Positions 6,184 to 11,161 of a stretch of DNA of 11,161 nt are shown one piece after another. The notes below the pieces were generated by a model, which was not told the DNA's origin, did not search any database, and saw nothing but the letters and a program-made list of their open reading frames with translations. Numbering within the stretch: position 1 is the stretch's first letter; each line of letters starts with the position of its first letter. The stretch comes from Candidatus Uhrbacteria bacterium (GTDB taxonomy: Bacteria; Patescibacteriota; Patescibacteriia; 2-12-FULL-60-25), in assembly GCA_027330985.1 (NCBI GenBank), contig DAHVZI010000002.1, forward strand, positions 1 through 11,161. The letters are read 5' to 3'. Made by a program: the position numbers and the translations under genes.

Positions 6184-8862
6184 ATGCAAGAAAACGAAAA
6201 ATGGCCAAAAGCCTACGATTCCTCGCAAGTGGAGAAGGATATCTATAAACACTGGGAAGAAAGCGGCTATTTTAACCCGGATACGCTACCGGAACGGAAT
6301 CGTGGTGGAGAGATGTATAGCATCATGATGCCGCCGCCAAATGTCACGGGAGTCTTACATTTGGGCCATGCGATGGAGGATACGATCATGGACATCGCTG
6401 TCAGATTTCAGAGGATGCGCGGTAAGAAGGCGTTGTTGTTGCCAGGTACCGATCATGCGGCCATCGCGACGCAATCAAAAGTAGAAAAGTTATTGATGAA
6501 GGAGGGCGTCAAATATCCACGCGAGGAATTGGGGCGTGAGAAACTGGTGGAGAAGATCAGGGAATTCGCGGAGAACTCCAAGTCCACAATCTTGAGTCAG
6601 ATCAGGGTAATGGGCACAAGCTGTGATTGGTCGCGTTTAGCCTACACGCTTGATGAAGCGAGGAATCGAGCGGTCAACGAATTATTCGTCAGGATGTACA
6701 AGGATGGTTTGATTTATCGGGGATATAGAGTGGTCAATTGGTCCATCAAGGGTCAGATCACCTGTTCAGATGACGAAATCGTTTACATAGAAAGACCGGC
6801 TAAACTTTATACATTCAAATACAGCAAGGATTTCCCTATAACGATTGCGACTACTCGTCCAGAGACGAAATTAGGGGACACGGCAGTGGCGGTGCATCCG
6901 GATGATGAACGTTATAAAAAATACGTTGGTCAGACGTTCACTGTCGATATAGGCGCAGCGAAACCATTATTGATAAAGATCATCGCAGACGAAAGCGTAG
7001 AAAAGGATTTTATGACTGGAGCTTTAGGGGTGACTCCTGCTCACAGCGCGGTAGATTTTACGATGTATGAAAAACAGAAAGCCAAGAATGATCCTATCGG
7101 TATCGTACCTGTGATTGGTACGGACGGCAGGATGACAGAAGCGGCAGGCAAGGATTATGTCGGCTTGACCGTTGAAGAAGCCAGGGAAAAATTCGTGTCT
7201 TGGCTGAAGACGCGGGGTTTACTGGAGAGCGAAGAAGATATCACACAAAACGTCGGCACGTCTGATCGTTATGAGGACGTCGTGGAATCTTTGCCCATGA
7301 CGCAGTGGTGGCTGGATATGAACAGGGAGATTCCAGGGCGTGGAAAGAGTTTACGCGACCTGATGCGCGAAGCCGTAACCACGGGATTAGACGGAAGTGC
7401 GGAGAAGAAAATCAGGATCATGCCTGAACGTATCGTCAAGGAGTACTTGGATCGCATTGATAATTTGCGCGATTGGTGTTTGTCTAGGCAGTTGTGGTGG
7501 GGGCATCGGATCCCGGTCTGGTACAAAAAACAACCCGCCGTTACGAACGACGAATCTAGCGAGAAGGAGATGTATGTCGGAGCAGTTGCTCCCGAAGGAG
7601 AAGGGTGGGAACAGGATCCGGACACGTTGGATACGTGGTTTTCGTCAGGTTCTTGGACTTTTTCGACTTTGGGCTGGCCAGAAATAACGGAAGATCTGAA
7701 GCGCTATCAACCGACAAGCTGGATGCAGATGGGTTATGAATTGAGATATTTATGGATGATGAGGATGATTTTGATGCATACCTACGTGCTAGAAGAGATT
7801 CCGTTCAAGGATTGCTATATCCATGGACTATTGAAGGATGAACATGGCAAGAAATTCTCGAAGTCTTCCGGCAACGGCATCGACCCGATCGAAGTCGTGG
7901 AGAGGTATGGATGCGACGCGCTTAGATTGAGTTTGATTTTGGGGATTTCACCAGGAAATGATTCCAAGTTCTATCTGGAGAAGGTAGAGGCAAATAGGAA
8001 TCTGGTGAATAAGATTTGGAATATTTCGAGATTCATCGTGTCATCGACTCAGGATACCGACTCCGCTTCGCGTGTGGAGGCAAAAACCCTGGCGGACAAA
8101 TGGCTGTTGGCGAGACTCGCAGAGATAGAGTCTAGGGTAACGGAGATGCTTGAGAGCTATCAGTTTTCACAGGCGGGCGAGATGTTGCGCGACTTTACCT
8201 GGAGCGACTTAGCGGATTGGTACTTGGAGATTGCGAAAATCGAGAAGGGCAAGGAAGCGATATTGCGTCACATCCTCGAGACGGTTTTGAAATTATGGCA
8301 TCCGTTCATGCCGTTCGTGACGGAATACATCTGGGGATTGATGGGGAATAAGGATTTGATAGTGGCGGAGTGGCCAAAGGATGACGTACTGCGTACCGAG
8401 TACCGCGAAACGGCAGAATTCGAAACAGTCCGCAATCTGGTGACCGATATTCGTAGATTGCGGGCGGAGCAGGGAGTCGAACCGGCGAAATTTATAGAAG
8501 CTGGCGTGGCAGCAAGCGGTGACGATCAGCAGCGTCTGGAAGAAAACGTTGAAGTAATCAAACACTTGGCGCGTCTGTCGGAAATGAAATTAGTCGCGAC
8601 AGTGCCGGAAGGTTGGGCGACTACCGTTTCCGGTGTGATGACTGTCGGCATAAACGTCGCAGGTACGGTCGATAAGGAGAAGGAGAGAGCTAAAGCGGAA
8701 AAGGAAATCTTAGAGCTCAAGCCGTATATCGAAGCGACCCGGGCAAAATTAGCGAACCAGGAATTCGTGTCAAAAGCTCCGGAGAAGGTTGTGCAGGGGA
8801 TGAAAGACAAGTTGGCGGAGGCGGAGGCTAAGCTTAAGGCGCTTGAAGATACGTCGACTTAG
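6184..8862 (+). CDS. valS: Valine--tRNA ligase (valyl-tRNA synthetase), 892 aa
   Basis: Class I aaRS HIGH motif PPNVTGVLHLGHAME, KMSKS motif KFSKSSGN, editing and anticodon-binding regions, and the ValRS-specific C-terminal coiled-coil (KEKERAKAEKEILELK...KLAEAEAKLKALE). The track start at 6175 is TTG; the first ATG is 6184. Confidence 0.9.
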   Translation: MQENEKWPKAYDSSQVEKDIYKHWEESGYFNPDTLPERNRGGEMYSIMMPPPNVTGVLHLGHAMEDTIMDIAVRFQRMRGKKALLLPGTDHAAIATQSKVEKLLMKEGVKYPREELGREKLVEKIREFAENSKSTILSQIRVMGTSCDWSRLAYTLDEARNRAVNELFVRMYKDGLIYRGYRVVNWSIKGQITCSDDEIVYIERPAKLYTFKYSKDFPITIATTRPETKLGDTAVAVHPDDERYKKYVGQTFTVDIGAAKPLLIKIIADESVEKDFMTGALGVTPAHSAVDFTMYEKQKAKNDPIGIVPVIGTDGRMTEAAGKDYVGLTVEEAREKFVSWLKTRGLLESEEDITQNVGTSDRYEDVVESLPMTQWWLDMNREIPGRGKSLRDLMREAVTTGLDGSAEKKIRIMPERIVKEYLDRIDNLRDWCLSRQLWWGHRIPVWYKKQPAVTNDESSEKEMYVGAVAPEGEGWEQDPDTLDTWFSSGSWTFSTLGWPEITEDLKRYQPTSWMQMGYELRYLWMMRMILMHTYVLEEIPFKDCYIHGLLKDEHGKKFSKSSGNGIDPIEVVERYGCDALRLSLILGISPGNDSKFYLEKVEANRNLVNKIWNISRFIVSSTQDTDSASRVEAKTLADKWLLARLAEIESRVTEMLESYQFSQAGEMLRDFTWSDLADWYLEIAKIEKGKEAILRHILETVLKLWHPFMPFVTEYIWGLMGNKDLIVAEWPKDDVLRTEYRETAEFETVRNLVTDIRRLRAEQGVEPAKFIEAGVAASGDDQQRLEENVEVIKHLARLSEMKLVATVPEGWATTVSGVMTVGINVAGTVDKEKERAKAEKEILELKPYIEATRAKLANQEFVSKAPEKVVQGMKDKLAEAEAKLKALEDTST

Positions 8863-8979
8863 GGTTAAAAAGATAAGCTGTAGGTCATTATGTTGCTAAA
8901 TAAATTACGTATGACTTGGTCAAGTTATAACGAGCTGACTGCCTGACTCAGAGACCAGGGCAACTTAATTTTGTAATCA

Positions 8980-9005
8980 AAATCCGCCCTGGTGGCGGAT
9001 TTTGC
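8980..9005 (+). terminator. Rho-independent terminator after valS (AAATCCGCC-CTGGT-GGCGGATTT-TGCGTT)
   Basis: 9-bp stem plus U-rich tail. It lies 118 nt after the valS stop and 12 nt before ATG 9017. Confidence 0.55.
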
Positions 9006-9016
9006 GTTAAAAAAAT

Positions 9017-10537
9017 ATGATAAAACAGACCAGGCTTTATCAGCCGGAGAAATATAAGGTCTTCGTAGGCGAAGGGACGGGTGCGGCGTTATGCACTGTT
9101 TGGAATAATCCAGAGATCCTACATAGACAATCGGCCGTGGTCCGGAAAAGGTGCCATTTGGTGGGTTCGCTATACAGCCGTTTCGGGGTGAATGTCCTAC
9201 TACGTAACTTGGCCCTGAATCCGCAAATCAGGAAATTATATCTTTGGGGCCATGGTCCGTTGTCCAACACGGCGTATGGTCGGCCGGGCGCTGAAATCCT
9301 ACGTACCTTGTGGCAGCGTGGACCCCGGTCTGACGGCGGCGTTGAGGGCCTGGATTGGAAAATGGAGAAAGAAATGCCAGCGGATTTGGTCCGGGAGATA
9401 ATAAGACATGTCGAGCTCCAAGATATCAGCCCAGAAGACTTCGGAGTCTTGGAGCGAAGAATCGAGAGTGAACAGACCACTGGAGAAGCATACATGAGCC
9501 CGATTTCCCTGCCGGAACCTAAGCTAGAGCAGGGCGCGAGTTTCCCTTCGGAGGAGATAGGCTGGCTTTTGCGTGACCGTAAAACGATTCAGGTCTGGAG
9601 TCGAGTGGTCGAGCGCGTAATGCGTTTCGGCACGGTAAAAGGCACGCAATACGGTTATCAGCAAAAGGAACTACTGGATGTCGACTGGATCGTGGAAGAT
9701 GAGGATCCGTTGGAGCCGGACCTGATTCTCGCTCAAGATTGGCCAGAAGGAATGAAGGAAATAACAGGGGCGCGACATGAATCAATACTTGAATATCAGC
9801 GTGCGTTCCTTTCGCCCGAAGCCCTACCACAACTTTCGTATACCTATGGTAATCACCTGCAGAGATATCCGAACGATACTGGAGGCATCGATCAGATACG
9901 CGAATCCATCATAGCGCAACTTAAATCTTCATCGGATTCACGACGCGCTGTTGCCATCACGCTGTACCCGCCACAAGACGCCTACTCGCGTGAACCGCCG
10001 TGTCTAATCCTGGTCCAAACTCTGCAGAGTCGGAAACATCTGCATCTGATCGCGACTTTTCGTAGTCATGATGTATTCAAGGCTGCCATACCGAATGCCT
10101 TTGCCCTGAGACTGCTGCAGCAGAATATTGCCGATGAGCTCGAGATGGAATTGGGTCGGCTTGCCATACATTCTCAGTCAGCACATATCTATGAGCAGGA
10201 TTGGGCTCAGGCTAATGATTTGGCGGCCTGTTTCTTTTGGCAGCGCGAGGCAGGGGCGACATTTTGCCCGGAAGCGGAGGCTGATCCACGCGGTGTGGTC
10301 ATAATCTCTGTGGAAGACGGGGCTATAAATGTCAGATTGCGCGATACGGATGGCCATGATCTCGTCAGCCTGTACGATAAGACTGCGAATAAGATAGCGC
10401 GGCAAATAAGCCATCTGGAATTGCTGAGCAAAAGCAGCCATCAAATTTATATCGGTATGGAGCTACAGAAGGCAGAGCTGGCTTTGATCAATGGTTGGCA
10501 TTATGTACAGGATAAGCCTTTGGCGATTGAGAGATAA
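9017..10537 (+). CDS. Thymidylate synthase (ThyA/dCMP-hydroxymethylase) family protein, 506 aa, with a large internal insertion and a C-terminal extension
   Basis: ThyA landmarks are collinear. The N-terminus has GEGTGAALCTVW...VVRKRCHL (E. coli ThyA DRTGTGTLSIFG...TTKRCHL). After a ~190-aa insertion come YGNHLQRYPNDTGGIDQIRESIIAQLKSSSDSRRAVAITLYPP (YGKQWRAWP..DGRHIDQI..LKNDPDSRRIIVSAWNP) and REPPCLILVQ (catalytic Cys of the PCH motif). Further ThyA blocks are FRSHDVFKAAIPNAFALRLL ([21 protein letters not shown], Asn kept) and SAHIYE (GDTHLY). About 100 aa follow with no ThyA counterpart. Confidence 0.7.
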   Translation: MIKQTRLYQPEKYKVFVGEGTGAALCTVWNNPEILHRQSAVVRKRCHLVGSLYSRFGVNVLLRNLALNPQIRKLYLWGHGPLSNTAYGRPGAEILRTLWQRGPRSDGGVEGLDWKMEKEMPADLVREIIRHVELQDISPEDFGVLERRIESEQTTGEAYMSPISLPEPKLEQGASFPSEEIGWLLRDRKTIQVWSRVVERVMRFGTVKGTQYGYQQKELLDVDWIVEDEDPLEPDLILAQDWPEGMKEITGARHESILEYQRAFLSPEALPQLSYTYGNHLQRYPNDTGGIDQIRESIIAQLKSSSDSRRAVAITLYPPQDAYSREPPCLILVQTLQSRKHLHLIATFRSHDVFKAAIPNAFALRLLQQNIADELEMELGRLAIHSQSAHIYEQDWAQANDLAACFFWQREAGATFCPEAEADPRGVVIISVEDGAINVRLRDTDGHDLVSLYDKTANKIARQISHLELLSKSSHQIYIGMELQKAELALINGWHYVQDKPLAIER

Positions 10538-10610
10538 ATGAAGAAAAATTGAAGAGATAGCGGGAACTGAAGACCTTAGGGGATGAATGTTTGTTATTTG
10601 AAGATTGATT

Positions 10611-10640
10611 AAGCGTCGGACGTTGACGCCGGTGTTTTTG
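10611..10640 (+). terminator. Possible rho-independent terminator (GCGTC-GGACGTT-GACGC then CGGTGTTTTTGG)
   Basis: Short GC stem followed by T5, located between the ThyA-like stop and the next gene's SD. Confidence 0.35.
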
Positions 10641-10681
10641 GTTGTTAGGGTAAAACTTGCGTTCCTTGAAAGGAGGACCGG

Positions 10682-11161
10682 ATGATCGAAGTCCATGGTC
10701 GCATGGTTTCCTTGAGCGCCGAGCGCGGGATAGATCTGGAAGAAGTCATTTCATCTCCGCGTTTCAAGCAGTGGGCGGAGCGTCTGGACCCCGAGATGAA
10801 GGTCAGACATGTCCACGTGAAGTCGGCCGACAGCTTCGGCGGACGTGTGGCTTTCATCCACCTGAGGATAAACGTCGTGGATCCGAAAGGCGCAGAAGCC
10901 ATCAGGTTCCTTTTCCTGCGCGGGAATTCCGTCGCGCTTTTGGTGGTATTCCTGTGCGAAGGAAGGGAATATGCCGCGATGATCGTGCAGCCGCGCGAAG
11001 CCGAAGGCGCGAGCGAATGCAAGGAGGTCGTAGGCGGCATGTGCGATAAGGGCTCGGATTATCCGACCGTCGCAGCACGTGAACTGCAGGAAGAGCTGGG
11101 GATCCAGGTGAGTCCGGAGGAACTCATCGACATGACGGAGCGCATGGCAAAGATCAAACGC
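10682..11161 (+). CDS. Nudix hydrolase (ADP-ribose pyrophosphatase-like), 5' partial; continues beyond the window end
   Basis: Strong SD AGGAGG (10671-10676) sits 5 nt before ATG 10682. The frame is open with no stop to 11161 (hand-translated: MIEVHGRMVSLSAERGIDLEEVISSPRFKQW...). A Nudix-box-like segment GGMCDKGSDYPTVAARELQEELGIQV matches REUxEExGU. The track misses it because it has no stop; the two listed ORFs 10657-11049(+) and 10645-11040(-) are out-of-frame or antisense artefacts of this GC-rich gene. Confidence 0.65.
   Translation, partial: MIEVHGRMVSLSAERGIDLEEVISSPRFKQWAERLDPEMKVRHVHVKSADSFGGRVAFIHLRINVVDPKGAEAIRFLFLRGNSVALLVVFLCEGREYAAMIVQPREAEGASECKEVVGGMCDKGSDYPTVAARELQEELGIQVSPEELIDMTERMAKIKR

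Noticed and set aside
769-8410. 13-nt exact match GTACTGCGTACCG at ~776-788 and ~8389-8401 (plus nearby CGTACCGCG similarity)
   Set aside because: A 13-mer coincidence is expected about once by chance in an 11-kb window (roughly N^2/2/4^13). The second copy is in-frame valS coding sequence. No flanking similarity suggests a repeat element.
7269-8810. ORFs antisense or out of frame within valS (7269-7625-, 7397-7687+, 8293-8565-, 8526-8810-)
   Set aside because: valS homology is continuous across this region in its own frame.
9040-10696. Minus-strand ORFs inside the ThyA-like gene (9040-9495, 9519-9830, 10178-10444, 10207-10431, 10463-10696)
   Set aside because: ThyA-family motifs are collinear in the + frame across the whole region.

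Overview
The window starts inside a 16S rRNA gene (3' ~580 nt, ending in the anti-SD ...GGATCACCTCCTTTCT). No 23S or spacer tRNAs follow. After short trailer hairpins the rest is protein-coding and mostly on the + strand.

The layout is:
(1) A strongly promoted 98-aa hypothetical gene (868-1164).
(2) Two translationally coupled paralogous genes (1311-2468, 2470-3585) of unknown family. Both share a Gly-rich loop, a VYK motif and a DLxxxN...D catalytic-loop-like motif, reminiscent of a protein-kinase-like fold. The second copy carries D->E substitutions in that motif.
(3) On the minus strand, a complete tRNA-Val(GAC) with encoded CCA (4005-4081), then a small GIY-YIG nuclease gene (3690-3956), then a degenerate duplicate of the tRNA 3' half (3616-3678). 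Each tRNA piece is followed by the same hairpin terminator (66-nt imperfect direct repeat at 3582-3647 and 3971-4036).
(4) A Cys/His-rich single-pass membrane protein (4242-4814).
(5) A convergent DHH/DHHA1-family phosphoesterase homolog (4862-6007, minus) whose catalytic motifs appear degenerate (DHH->DCN, GGGH->TGTR).
(6) Valyl-tRNA synthetase (6184-8862).
(7) A 506-aa thymidylate-synthase (ThyA)-family protein with a ~190-aa internal insertion and a C-terminal extension (9017-10537).
(8) The 5' part of a Nudix hydrolase that runs off the window end (10682->11161) and is absent from the supplied ORF track.

SD-like GGAGG sites, sigma70-like promoters and several rho-independent terminators are visible. 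The most unusual content is the tandem kinase-like paralog pair, the tRNA-Val/GIY-YIG/tRNA-fragment arrangement, and the degenerate DHH and expanded ThyA homologs. All functional calls rest on motif recognition from memory and need database confirmation.
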